From Cetorhinus maximus (Eukaryota), in assembly GCF_964194155.1 (NCBI RefSeq), contig NC_135883.1, positions 91,450,001 through 91,514,000 on the forward strand: a DNA stretch of 64,000 nucleotides. The letters run 5' to 3'. Under the pieces are notes generated by a model. It was not told the DNA's origin and ran no database searches. It was given only the letters and a program-made list of their open reading frames with translations. Every line of letters begins with the position of its first letter. Positions within the stretch are counted from its first letter, which is position 1. Below are positions 25,601-38,621 of this stretch, piece after piece. Both the position numbers and the translations under genes were made by a program.

Positions 25601-26741
25601 TTTAATTTCAGAGGACATCTTATCTCATGCACATAAGTTAATTCAAAAGGACTAAAACCGATAGATTCATTCTGGAAATTGAGTTGTCATAATAGTAAGG
25701 ATATACTGTTGCCCAGCTTTCATTTTTGGTAACAGTCCCACAGTCTACAAACACCCTGCTAAATGGTTCCTTGAAACCGGGTATGGGAATTAAGGGTGCT
25801 GGTTTAATTGAAGGTTGTGGATTTCCCACCATCTGTCACATATGGCACATTTTACAAAACTGTACCATGTCCTTGTGAAGGACTGGCTAGTAAAAATGTC
25901 GGTTTATCCACGCCTGAGCTTTCCATATCCCAATGTGTCCTGTATCCGTGATAACTCTTTACGCTATTTGGGTGGTACCACTACCTGATGAACAATCGTT
26001 CACTCTTCATCTGCAGGTCAGTGAGGAGGTCTCCACTTCCTCATTAGTATCCCATTTTTAATACCATAACAGTCTTGAACTTCCTTGGCTTCAGCTTCAG
26101 TTGGGCTGATTGTGCTATCTTACTTAACTCTGGATCGGCTTGTTGAGCCTCAACTATCGAAGATTTATTGAAAATCTCTTTCAGGCTATCCAAGTCTTTA
26201 AAGAAAGTTTCAGCTAACCAAATATCTGTCTAGAGTCATAGTCATTGGCAGAATATTAAGCTCGGTTTCTTAAATGCTCTTTTTTCTTTTCAATTCCAAT
26301 TCTCTTTCCTGTTCAAGCCTCTTCATTTGCAACTGAATCCTAGCTAAACCAATTGACTCATCCCCTGGAAAATGTGGTCTCTCTTGTGTCCATCCAATTT
26401 CAAATACTGCACTATTATGTTTGCTTTCCTCACCCCTATGGTCAATTCTAACTGCAACTTATCCGCCAATCCCATTAGCTTATTCTTGGTTACTTATACC
26501 AGTTAGGGTTAAATCTTCGATCTCCAGAAAAGTCTTAGCAACTTCCAAAGCCATTTTGTTTTACTAATGTAGAAGAAACCTGGTGTGTGTCCTTTTATCC
26601 TTTACCAATTTTTATTATTCCACATCCATTCACCATTGCCTGCATTTCAAAATCCCGCAAGAGCCCCCAATCTATGTTGCAACCTGGATGGGAGGGGTGC
26701 ACAGTTGTTCTAGTCCCATTCCTCCCATCCTGGGCATAACA
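22618..26741 (-). mobile_element. Gmr1-like Ty3/Gypsy LTR retrotransposon, internally deleted
   Basis: PBS tgggggctcttgcgggattt (26650-26669, 18/20 to the tRNA-Pro 3' end); gag start MALEVAKTFL at 26554; integrase (CKMCHIC, EPFSRVFVDC) ~26100-25250 precedes RT (MPFRLKNAPATFQR, YLDS) and RNase H ~25050-23800; long LTR ~22618-23575. Confidence 0.88.
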
Positions 26742-27093
26742 ATCGTATTACTACAGTTGGCTCATAGAGAAGCTGTTCCCTATTTGTGCAAATAAATTTT
26801 TTGTTACCTCCAATTTAAAACATTTTTCTTCAGAACCTTTTGTGCTACAAATACATTAAATTAATTCAAAAAATAACACATAGAATTAAGCTAAAGAAAA
26901 TGTAAAATTTATGGTTCATGAAAGGATAGGCAAGAACTAACTTCAAAACATTCATATGTAAAACCCATTCTCCAAAATTTGGCTCCAAAAAAGTTGATTT
27001 TCATTTAAAATTTTTAGTATGAAGGAGAGAGGAGAAGCCACTCAGTTACACTCCTCCATAATACTGCTTGTTGATAGAATACACTGAAAATAG

Positions 27094-28345
27094 CTTAGCA
27101 ATAACTTGCTCACTGACGCCCAGTTTGGGTTCTGCCAGGGCCATTCAGCTCCTGACCTCATTACAGCCTTGGACAAAAGAGCTGAACTCCCGAGGTTAAG
27201 TGAGAGTGATTGCCCTTGACATCAATGCAGCATTTGACCGAGTGTAGCATCAAGGAGCCCTAGCAAAACTGGAGTCAATGGGAATCGGGGGAAAACTCTC
27301 CACTGGCTGGAGTCATACCTAGCACAAAGGAAGATGGTTGTGGTTGTTGGAGGTCAGTCATCTCAGCTCCAGGACATCGCTGCAGGAGTTCTTCAGGGTA
27401 GTGTCCTTGGTCCAACCATCTTCAGCGTCTTCATCAATGACCTTCCTACCATCATAAGGTCTGAAGTAGGGATGTTTGCTGATGATTGCACAATGTTCAG
27501 CACCATTCGTGACTCCTAAGATACTGAAGCAGTCCATGTCCAAGACCTGGACAATATTTAGGCTTGGGCTGACAAGTGACAAGTAACATTCGCACCACAC
27601 AAGTGTCAGGTAATGACTATCTCCAACAAGAGAGAATCTAACTATCACCCCTTGACGTTCAATGGCATTACCATCACAGAATCCCCCACTATCAACATCC
27701 ACTGACCAGAAACTGAACTGGATTAGCCATATAAGTACTGTAGTTACAAGAACAGGTCAGAGGCTAGAACTCCTGTGATGAGTAACTCACCTCCTGACTC
27801 CCCAAAGCCTGTCCACCATCTACAAGGCACAAGTCAGGAGTATGATGGAATACTCCCCACTTGCCTGGATGAATGCAGCTCCCACAACACTCAAGAAGCT
27901 TGACACCATCCAAGACAAAGCAGCCCGCTTGTTTGGCACCACATTAACAAAAATTCACTCCCCCCACCACTGATGCACAGTAGCAGCAGTGTGTACCATC
28001 TACAAGATGCACTGCAGGAATTCACCAAGGCTCCTTGAACAGCACCTTCCAAACCCACAACCGCTACCATGTAGAAGGACAAGGCAGCAGATAGATGGGA
28101 ACACCACCACCTGGAATTTTCCCTCTAAGTCATTCACCATCCTGACTTGGAAATACATCACCGTTCCTTGACTGTCGCAGGGTCAAAACCCTGGAACTTC
28201 CTTTCTAACAGCACTGTGGGTGTACCTACATCACATGGACAGCAGCGGTTCAAGAAGGCAGCTCACCACCACCTTCTCAACATCAACTAGGGATGGGAAA
28301 TAAATGCTGGCCCAGCCAGTGAAGCCCAAATCCCATGAATGAATT
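27094..28345 (+). mobile_element. LINE family B, 5'-truncated ~1.25 kb
   Basis: GVLQGSVLGP and FADDC RT motifs, 3' tail catgaatgaat. Confidence 0.9.
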
Positions 28346-28707
28346 TTTTAAAATTCTCATTTTTAAACTAAAAGTGCATTACTGATAGTGTTAAGGGGTA
28401 ATTATTTTTACTTCCAGAACAAGCCTCCTACGCTGAAAGTCTGACAATAATTCAACATGTCAATGGCTATAAAACAACGAGGACAGTCTACCTTTAAATC
28501 ACATGCTTCTCATATTAACTTGAAACTGAAGCAAAAGTATGATGAGAGTTTGGGAGGAATTGGATATAAACTTTCAAAATACTAAGTAACTGTCAGGAAA
28601 ATGTGGATTATTTGTTCTATTAATATATTTCTTCATGCAGTATTCATCTGTTTACAAAACTAAGTCTATCAGCATTTTAACATATGATTGGATTTGTCAC
28701 TGTGCAG

Positions 28708-28869
28708 GCCCTGATGTCCCACCCTCAGGATGGGTTCCAGGTTGTGAAGCAGTGTGGCGGGCACCCACACTACTGACTAGTGTCCGGCATAACACCAGCA
28801 GAAGATTCAGCGCTACCTCCGATAGTGGAGACACTGGAATAGGTACTTCAAGTTCAGACAGCATAGAAG
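28708..28869 (+). CDS. CEP85L: CEP85L coding exon 2 (162 nt, phase 1-1)
   Basis: [54 protein letters not shown] aligns with recalled human [44 protein letters not shown]; acceptor tgcag| and donor ag|gtgggc. Confidence 0.92.
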
Positions 28870-30286
28870 GTGGGCTGAGATTCTGACCTAGCTGAGTGTG
28901 AAATGTTTATCTTAACATATGCGTTGATGGTTGTGGGTGAGAGTAGATTTTATACAGATGTTGATGGCATGCCTTAATTACCCCAGCTGCCTGTGGCTTT
29001 GACTATTAAATTGGAAGTAACATGTTAAACCTGAAAGTATTTCATTTTAAAATTCAGATTTCTGCAGTTCTGGTCATGGTGGGATCATCTGAGCTGCTTC
29101 GGTTATAAACCAATTTAATTTTGTATAATTTGAGTTGCTGTAACTGTCTAGTTTTAGTATGCTGCAATAAAGTAACAATAGTGCCAAAATGTATTAACAA
29201 CTTTCACTTGAATAACATATATAACTGGGCCCGAATAGCTGCTTTGGCGTGCCGTGTAATATAACCATTTATTCTGGCGTGAAATGTCTGTGCTGTCCTG
29301 TCACAGTCACAATCACATTGACTAGTAGGCTAACACTGGTTCAGATCTCTGGCTATGTCAGTTATGGATATGTTGTCATCCCTGTGCTCTGCCCGTCTAC
29401 TCATAGGCCATATGATTTTGCGATAATTTTCTGTACTTCTGCACGTAACAAAGGTATTTCAAATATGCATCCTATGGTAACTGTACACCATTTGCGCAGG
29501 AGGTCCAAGTCGACTTATTTGAGGCTGCTATGGTAGATGGACCATCCAATATCATGCATAGATATTTAGAAGTTCGCTAATGTCAATAGAGATGGTCCTT
29601 CCCTTTAATACAGTATCAAGTTCTCTACCACTGTCAGCATTCAGTTCACTCCGTTTCCAGCACACAAACCAATGCTTACACTGCAACATAAAGAAGCTAT
29701 ATAATATAAGGTTGAAAAGAAAAAAGTGCCTTTATACAATACTTTATTACATCTCTTGTATGTCTCAGTATTTCACAATGGATTACAGTACTTAGAAGTA
29801 TACTAACTGTTATTATGTCGGTAAGTGCAGAAAGGCATTTGAAAGTCAAGTTGTTATCTAATGTGCACTATAGCTTGTTCATAATAATATTAAAAATAAA
29901 AAGAGTTTTTTTGAATGATCAACAAAAAGGCATTTGGTACAGACAGTTCTGATTATTAGTATTCATTTTAGCCACAATATAGAGATTTAAGTGTTTGAAG
30001 CTGCATGATCATTCAATAGTAATAACTCTTGAATATAACAAGTGGACTAGAACATTTATCCTGGACTTGCAAAGCTGAATCAAATGTCAGAGATGATTTT
30101 TATGCTTTGCTGTTCCAAGATCTATTCAGCCTTTTTCAAAAGTTAAGGGATAGCACTGGATTATTTCCCCATTGTAACCATCATGTAATCGCAGGACAGT
30201 GTAGTCCACAATGGTGCTATGTAAATTCAGTACAGAATAATGAGAACCTGTACTTAATTCTGCATTGAAATGTTTTTGTTAAGTTC

Positions 30287-30658
<372 letters not shown>

Positions 30659-32264
30659 TTATTTGTGGGATATTGGTTGTTAACCAAATAGGGACCAATA
30701 TGTTGAATATATATTGTTATATGTTGTACAGTGGGAAAAAATGCTTTAGTGTATTAAACAGCAAACACAACTGATCTGAACATCATAAATATAATAACTT
30801 ATTTTGGACAATAGGCCAGTGCAGTCTAACAAGCATTATTATAATATTTCTTAATTAATAGCACCATCATTTTCATATCTTTTGAACAGTTGAAACAATA
30901 GCTCTGTTCTCATGGTTTAGGCTGTGGATTATTCAGTAGTTAGTGTTCTTTAAAAAAAAACTGACGAATAAGAGTAAATGTGGGAAAATTGCAATACACA
31001 AAGTTGAGTGTGGAACTCAAATCACAGCTTTATACAGATAGGCTGTCATAATTAAGGTTTTTCTCATTGGAGAAAAAATTGAATAAGTTCTGAAGTACAT
31101 GATTAATGCAAATGTAGATGCATTTAATTTAAACTGTAATTGGAGTAGTACAAGGCATGGAAATAACACCAGTGTGAAAGAATGCTCAAACAGCTTTTTC
31201 TCTTTCATATGTTCTGACGTTCTTAAACAGAAAGATGATCAGGGCACACATGCGAATGTGGTCAATCTACTAAACTAGTGCTAATTAATTCAATGCTGTA
31301 CTGAATAGAACATAGTGCCAGGGCTTATGATGTTGCCATACATGGCTAGTGTACTATTTTAGCAGTTTTCTTGACTCTACTTTGACTGTACTAACTTTAA
31401 GCATATTTCTAAAAATAGCACTGTGCATGTAAGCATATTTTTTTCAGAACTAAATCCCCTTGGATCTCTCTGCATTTTTTCCGTTCTTTATACTTAGACT
31501 GGTGTCAAAATACCAGATTTGTGGAGTGATTTCATTTACGTTGCATATAAAATTCGTTTTTTGAAAGATCAGCAATGAAGTATCTAGTTTTTAAGTAACT
31601 AGAAAGAAAGAACTTGTATTTATGCAGCAATTTTCACATCCTCAGCACATACCAAAGAACTTTAAAGGTCATATTATCCTGAAAAAATAATGCTGTTTGA
31701 ATGACATGTCATTATTAATGCACAAATCTGCTAACAACTTATAATGAAGAAGAGATACCAAGTGAATTAGAAATTGGTTCAAGTTGCTGGCCAATTTATG
31801 CCATTCCAATATTAGCTTTGCAAAAATGGCATCTCATGATTAGCCTCCCTCTGATTTTCATGAAGCTGTTGCACTTGCACATTAATTGCTCATTAAACTT
31901 GGCACAGAAACTTAAGTCTTGAAATTAACAGTGTAAGTACCCTTTTAATGATATGCTAATTGTTAACTACTGCCAATTAACCTCCCTTGCCCAGAAAATG
32001 AATACTGTAATTATAAGTACAATGTGTCATTCTTACAGGCTTTGAATTGTTTTAGGAGATCTTAAAATGCTTTTTTGAAAAGATTTCTTTTCCTATCTGC
32101 TTCCTTTTCACATTCTCTTACTGCAACCTTCCTCTCCCTCTCTTTATTTCCTTTCTGTGCCCAATTTAACATTGAATTCATCCATCATAATTCATCCTCC
32201 TCCTCAGTCCTCCCTCTGTTTATTTTATCAATCCCTTAATCTCATTGTTTAAAAAAAATACAGG

Positions 32265-32530
32265 GGGGAATTTGGAATTCTGTAGCCCAGAGAGCAGTGC
32301 AGGCTGGCTCATTGAATTTATTCAAGGCTGAGTTAGAAGGTTTTTGATTGACAATGGAGTCAAGGGTTATGAAGGGTATTCTCAGTAAGAGAATGTGAAA
32401 ATGGAGTCAAGGGTTATGAAGGACAGATAGGAATGTGGAGTTAAGGCCACCATTAGATCAGCCATGATCTTATTGAATGGCAGAGCAGGCTCGATGGGCC
32501 AAATGCTCAACTTCTGCTCCTATTTCTTTC
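32265..32530 (+). mobile_element. CR1 3' end fragment
   Basis: Degenerate WNSL..AV.A motif and 3' UTR 'agatcagccatgatcttattgaatggcagagcaggctcgatgggccaaatg'. Confidence 0.8.
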
Positions 32531-32829
32531 AATCTTATGAATATAATGTCCTCCCCCATGGTGAGTTTGTTGGTGAGGGTCGTTTAATTGGGTGGAAGGA
32601 TAGTGTGTGGATCCCCAACACCTTACTGCTTCTGCTGCAAGTAAGTCTGTGGTGGGAAGACTCATGGCCCAGTTAAGTACCTGGTTGGCACTTAATGCAG
32701 CAGGCATTCCCGAAATTATCTGTGCAATGCCAGGTACGTAGGCTTTACGTCAGAATAATTAGCTGTTTGAATCAATCAACATGTTCCTTCAGCTATTTGA
32801 AACAGACCATTTTAACTAGCCTGCACTTG

Positions 32830-33243
32830 CAAAATTCAAAACAAAATGTTGATTGTTAGATGTGATCCTGTGATTGGGCAGCACTTACTGAACAATCCTG
32901 AGTGCTCTAAAAGCTACACTCACAACCAATTTAAGTTGATCAGCGGAGCTCATAATATGGCTGACTTGCTAGGAGTGACATACATTCATATTCAGGGCCC
33001 ATTCTCCACAAATAAAAGAAATATGTTCAAGCCTTGTGCCTTTTTGAATTTCCCAGCAGCTCGAGGAGCCAATAGTTCCCCATGGCAATGCCTTAGCCAA
33101 TCAGAGTTGACTTGCCAACCAATCAACTTCCTTTCTTCTGTAGTATAAATTTATGAGATTGTTTAAAACTTGACATTCTTGTGTTTGTCCTGATGAGTGC
33201 AACACAAAATGTTTTGGCAACATGTCTCTCTTTTCAGCAGTAT
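32830..33243 (+). mobile_element. Second Penelope-like family 3' fragment (GIY-YIG C-terminus and degenerate hammerhead)
   Basis: IGQHLLNNPEC..NQFKLIS motif; CTGATGA at 33190-33196 flanked by the potential stem tgtttgtc/ggcaaca, with AAAA in place of GAAA. Confidence 0.6.
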
Positions 33244-33249
33244 GAAATG

Positions 33250-33510
33250 GTTTCTCTTCTTATCTTCATTGCTTCTTTTGCCAATTACCTTAAATTTGTG
33301 CCCTCTCGTTCTTGATCCTTCCACCAGTGGGAATAGTTACTTCCTATTTACTCTGTCATAATTTTGAATACCTCTATCAAATATCCTCTCAACCTTCCCT
33401 TCTCCAAGGAAAGCAGTCCTAACGTCTCCAATCTACCGATGTAACTGAAGTTCCTCATCCCTAGAACCATTCCTGTGAATCTTTCCTGCACCCTCTCTAA
33501 TGCCTTCAAT
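33250..33510 (-). mobile_element. CR1 3' fragment
   Basis: ALERVQERFT..LGLLSLEKGRLRGYLIEVFKIM on the minus strand. Confidence 0.8.
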
Positions 33511-33658
33511 CTTGTGAAGTTGGACGAGTGGAGGGTTATTTTTCTGGAGGAGGTTACAGAAATAGGAAGGGGCAAAACCATGGAGAGATGTGACAGCAAT
33601 GATGATATCTAAATAATCTTACCTAGATAGTCAAATCTGGATAATATGCTTGCTCCTG

Positions 33659-34225
33659 GGCCTGAATTTTTCAGTCGGCGGGCGGGCATGGTGGGAGCGG
33701 GCGGTGGTGGTGGCAGAGCTCCTCGCTGCCCGTGATCGACTCCGCACCACCAGTTTACGCGAGCGGGCCAATTAAGGCCCTCCCAGCGGGATATGTGAGC
33801 CGTAGGGCTCAGCTCTACCTGTGCAGGTGGGGGGAGGAGGCAGAGTTGGGGGATAGCGCAAGAGCGCTTCAATCTCCCTTAGGCATGGGGCTGCCTCAGG
33901 GAGATTGAATCGATATTAAAATAATTAAATAAATGGAGAAAAAATTTAATTAAACATGTCCCCTCTCATGTGACTGTGTTTTTAAAATTTATTTAATAAA
34001 AGCCTTAGGAAACCTCATCCTGCTTGTGGATGAGGTTTCCTAAAAAATGTGAAGGCCGCTTGGCCTTTTTGCCTGCCCTCCATCCGTAAGGTTGGACGGG
34101 CAGCACTAACAAGTACAATAATTACTTCCTTAATGGCCTTAATAGGATGTTTAAATATTGGTGGACGCACAGCTGACTCCGGCGCGTCGGGCCCACCCCC
34201 ACACGCCGACTGAAAAATCCTGCCC
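33659..34225. mobile_element. CpG-rich Harbinger-type MITE (~570 bp)
   Basis: TIRs ggcctgaatttttcagtcggcg / cgccgactgaaaaatcctgccc; internal hairpin ttaggaaacctcatcc..ggatgaggtttcctaa; related to 45691 and 48927. Confidence 0.85.
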
Positions 34226-34419
34226 AGGAGTCGGACTTAAACCCATGACCTTCATCCACAGAATGTGAAAGTATAATCCTGGGCTAAGGCTGATATTCAG
34301 TGTATGTATAGTTTTAGGCTTGAATATCATCTGTCTTGTAACTTCAGTGTCATTTCCAACTACGAGTTGAGCTTCATACCCCAGATTCTCTTCATCACCA
34401 AGACCTATTACTTTTACTT

Positions 34420-35300
34420 CCACAGCACTATTCATACTTGCACTGTTCTGCTCCTTCTTTCCACCCACTAAAATCTTCATTAGCACTTTGTCATCTCCAG
34501 CTTCGTTACTCCAATCCTCTCCTTGTTGACCTTACATCATTACTCATCATAAGCATCAATTTGTCCAAATTCTGGTACAAGTACATGGTGGACAAAGTCC
34601 TGCTCGCTCATCATTGCCTTCATCCCACTATTGGCGGCCTTGTCTTCAGCTGATTTGGCTGTAAGCTCTGAACTTTTCTCCCTATCTGTACTTTTCTATC
34701 TCTTCTTTAAGATGCTCTTTAAAATCCACCTCATTGAACAAGCTTTTGGCCACCTTTCCTAATGTCTCCTGCTTTGGTTTGGTATCAGTTTATGTCTGAG
34801 TACACTCCTGCAAATCCTTTGTGATGTTTTATTACATTTAAGGCACTAAATAAATGAAAATTTTACTTCAGTTATGTAGATAGTTTGCAGAAGTTGGTAT
34901 TGCTTTCCTTTGTGAAGAAAATGTTGAGAGGAGATTTGATACAGGTATTCAAAATCATGAGGGGTCTGGACAGTGTAGATAGAGGAAAACTGGTGGAAGG
35001 ATTGATAATGAGAGGGCACGGATTTAAGATGATTGACAAAAGAAGCAATGGAAACATGAGGAGAAATTTTTTCACACAGTGAGCGGTAAAGATCTGAGAT
35101 ACGTCACCTGAGAGTGTGGTGGAGGCAGTTTCAATTGAGGCATTCAAGAGGAAATTGGATTGTTATCTGAACAGGAAGTATGTGCAGGGTTATGGGGAGA
35201 AGGCGGGAGAATGGCACTAGGTAAATTGCTCATTTGGAGAGCCGGCGTAAACACAAGGGGCCAAATGGCCTCTTTCTGTGCTGCAGCAATCCTGTGATTG
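34420..35300 (+). mobile_element. L2 3' end (~34420-34870) followed by a CR1 3' end (~34872-35300)
   Basis: L2-like tail 'tacattaaggcactaaataaatg', then LRGDLIQVFKIMRGLD..RRNFFTQ and the CR1 3' hairpin. Confidence 0.7.
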
Positions 35301-35589
35301 TTATTTTATACACTATTTCAAAAATAGTTAGACAAACAAATATTTTCTTGTTGCAGATTTTAATAGTTCAGTTCTCATTCACCACAGCATTAGTTGGTTT
35401 TCTGTTTATACGGAAGTTGTTTATTGTCGGGAGCTTAGATTATTGAAACGCATAAAGAGCCCATTTGTCCTATCAAGTCTGCAGTGGTGTTCCTCTAAAT
35501 GAGTCACTTAGTCTAATCCTACTCTTCTGCACACTTTCTATTAATATTTTTAATATATGTATTTTTCTAGCGACTAGCAATTTATATCG

Positions 35590-36025
35590 GGTGTCAACTT
35601 TGGCTCAATGGTAACTCTCTTGCCGCTTGTATAGATAATTGTGGGTTTAAGCTCCACTCCAGGGACTTGAATGCATGATTGAGCTGATACTTTAGTATAG
35701 TACTAAGGGAGTGAGGGAGTGCTGTACTGTCAGAGGTACCATCATTTGAATGCAAGGTTAAACTGAGGCTGCAGCTGCATTCTCAGATGGACTTAAAAGA
35801 TCCTTTGGAATTATTTGAAGAAGAACAGGGGAACTATTCTAGCCAACACTTAACCCTCCAACGGCCTTACAAAAACAGACAATTTTATGTTTTGTGGACT
35901 TTTGCTGTGTGTAAGCTTTCATGTTTGTTCCAACTGTGACCACACTTCAAAAGTACTTCGTTGGCTGGGAGGTATTTTGGGAGATCCTAAGAGTGTGATA
36001 GGTGCTTTATAAAAACAAATCATTT
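35590..36025 (+). mobile_element. Deu-domain SINE (SacSINE1/AmnSINE1 superfamily)
   Basis: tRNA-like head (tggctcaatggta..gggtttaagctcc), core 'aaagatcctttggaattatttgaagaagaacagggga', tail 'acacttcaaaagtacttcgttggctg..ggtgctttataaaaac'; matched to the consensus from memory. Confidence 0.7.
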
Positions 36026-36619
36026 GTTCCTATCAAGGTATGGAATTCATGGACTCTGATTCAACTACAGTTGTTCCAATCCAGGAAGCCAGATGGTGAA
36101 ATATAGAACTGGAGCCAAACTTTACGCACTTTATAAACTTTTACTTACAGAGATAGACATTACAAACATGCACCTCCATTCTAACAACCCTCTGTATACT
36201 TTTTAAAAATTCTCCTGTAAAATTCTATTTGTGATATCTTAAATTTGTGCCTTTTCTTACTATCTTGCTGACTAGTGAAAACTGTCTACGCAATGTTGAC
36301 TTGATCATTAACTATTGTTATCAAACCCTTCAAAATTTTGAAGACCTCTATTTGGAAATTCTTTAATCTTCCCAACTCCAGAGGAAAGCCTACCTTCTTG
36401 TATCCTTTCATAACTGTAATGCTTCATCCATGGAAATGGCGTATTTCCACTGCTTTTATATTCTATCGAGAATAGTAAGCCTAAACTGCAGGCTGTAGTT
36501 CAAACTCAAGCAAGTGAAGGTCTTGTAGTTTTGCTCCTTGCTTTCAATTGTTAATGATTAAGATACAAATCCAATGATTCAGTTTGACTTTGTTATGGCC
36601 TTACCTGTTTGCGCTGCTA

Positions 36620-37605
36620 CTTCGAAGGGTCAGTATTGGGACCCTTGCTTTTCCTGATATATATTAATGATCTAGATCTTGGTGTACAGGGGACAATTTC
36701 AAGTTTGCAGATGATACCAAGCTTGGGAGTGTTGTAAACCATGAGGAGTACAGTGTAGAACTTCAAGAGGACATAGACAAGTTGGTGGTGTGGGCAGATA
36801 GGTGGCAGATGAAGTTCAATGTGAAGAAGTGTGAGATGATGCATTTTGGATGGAACAGCATGGACAGACAATATAAAATAAAGGGTGAAATTTTGAAGGG
36901 GACGCAGGAGCAGAAAGATCTGGGTGTATCTATGCATAGATCATTGAAGGTGGCAGGACAGGTGGAAAAAGCAGTTAATAAAGCATATAGTATCCTGAGC
37001 TTTATTAAGAGGGGCATAGAGTACAAGACCAGGGAGGTTATACTGAATTTATATTACACACTCGTTAGGCCTCAGCCGGACTATTGTATACAGTTCTGGG
37101 TGCCACATTATAGGAAGGATGTAAACACACTGGAGAGTGTGCAGAAGAGGTTTACAAGAATGGTTCCAGGGATGAGAAACTTCAGTTATAAAGATAGATT
37201 GGAGAGGTTGGGACTGTTCTCCTTGAGGAGTAGAAGGCTAAGAGGAGATTTGATAGAGATTTTCAAAATCCTGAAGGTGCTGGACAGAGTAGATAGAGAA
37301 AAGAATCAAAAATGAGAGGGTACAGATTTAAAGTGATTTGCAAAAGAAGCAAATGTGATGTGAGAAAAAAAACATCATTTCAGGTCTGGAATGTGCTGCC
37401 TGGAAGTGTGGTGGAGGCAGGTTCGATCGAGGTATTCAATAGGGCATTAGATGATTATTTGAATAGAAACAATGTGCAGGGGTACGGGGAAAAGGCAGGG
37501 TAATGGCAGTAGTTCATAATGCTCATTTGGATTAGTCAGTGCATACATGATGGGCCGAATGGCTTCCTTCTTTACCGTTAAAATTCTGTGACTCTGTGAT
37601 TCTGT
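36620..37605 (+). mobile_element. CR1 family A, ~1 kb 5'-truncated, nested in an older antisense CR1 (~36230-36616 and ~37610-37910)
   Basis: WADRWQMKFNVKKC, LVRPQPDYC and RRLRGDLIEIFK motifs; tail ttctgtgactctgtgattctgtga. Confidence 0.9.
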
Positions 37606-37940
37606 GAGTACCAAGATTCTTCTGCTTCCCTGTTCATTTTAAAATCTAATCTTTTAAGGTGTAATTTTCTCTAATCCAGGATCCAAAATGAATCTACATT
37701 TTTCTGCATGTTTTGGCCTATCTTGCTAGCTTATTCTTGTGCTCCTGTGATCTTCGTACAATTTTTCATTTTTCAATTTGGTATCATCAGTAAATTTTGA
37801 TAAAGCTGCCTCAATTCCATGCTCACGCCTTTTGTATTATAAATAAGAGCTGCTACATATGGACCACCACTCATCACATCTTGCCAGTCTGAGAAACTTC
37901 CTTTTCTCTTCTGCAGTCTCCTAGTGCAATATGACACATA

Positions 37941-38057
37941 GGCTGGAATTTTACGGCCCCATCGCAGTGAGGGTGGGGCCATAAAATGCAGTGAGCCATT
38001 CTAAACTCCATCGACTTCGGCGGGAATGTAAAATCCCACTGTCACAAAATTCTACCC
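37941..38057. mobile_element. Short Harbinger-type MITE
   Basis: TIRs ggctggaatttt / aaaattctaccc; exact TSD ata (37938-37940, 38058-38060). Confidence 0.8.
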
Positions 38058-38621
38058 ATAGGATCAGGTTCCACATGTATGCTAATGACGCCCAGCTGTA
38101 CCTCTTCATCATCTCCCTCAACCCTCCAGTGCCCCTCTGTGCAGTCAGTTTGTTTGGCTAACATCCAATCATGGGTGTGCCAAAATTTATTTCAGTTAAA
38201 TATTCCAAATGATTGGAGCCATCGCCTTCGTCTCACATCCCAAACTCAAACTTGTCATCAACAATGCATTATTAGTAACTGAATGACATCTATATCGGGG
38301 ATTCTCCACCAAGGGTCTGTGCCCTTCTAGAGGTCCACGAGAAGGTTTCAAGGGGTCCACCAAATATTTAGATTGTATCTAAAATTGTTTTATGTTGATG
38401 TCATTTTGTATTATATTCGGGGATATTAATGTTGCTGGCTTGATTTCCCAGAACTAGTTATCTTCCTGTGGGCACATGGGTGTTTAAGGGATTGTCAACC
38501 CCCTCCAAGATTGAAGTTTTCATACAGATTTTAGTGTGTGTGTCTCTAGAAGGGAGGAAGAGGTCTGTATGTGCAGAGGTAGCTTGCTGCCTAGTTGGGT
38601 GAAGGGTGCAATGTTTTTTTT

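Noticed and set aside
28635-28886. 83-aa ORF as a stand-alone gene
   Set aside because: Only 28708-28869 is homologous to CEP85L and it is bounded by splice sites; the rest is intron.
29240-29690. Unique-looking block after exon 2 with short ORFs
   Set aside because: No recognisable protein motif or convincing splice-site pair in the frames read; possibly an old repeat.
32353-32422. Repeat-spacer-repeat as a CRISPR-like array
   Set aside because: Only two units, inside a CR1 3' end, eukaryotic context, no cas genes.
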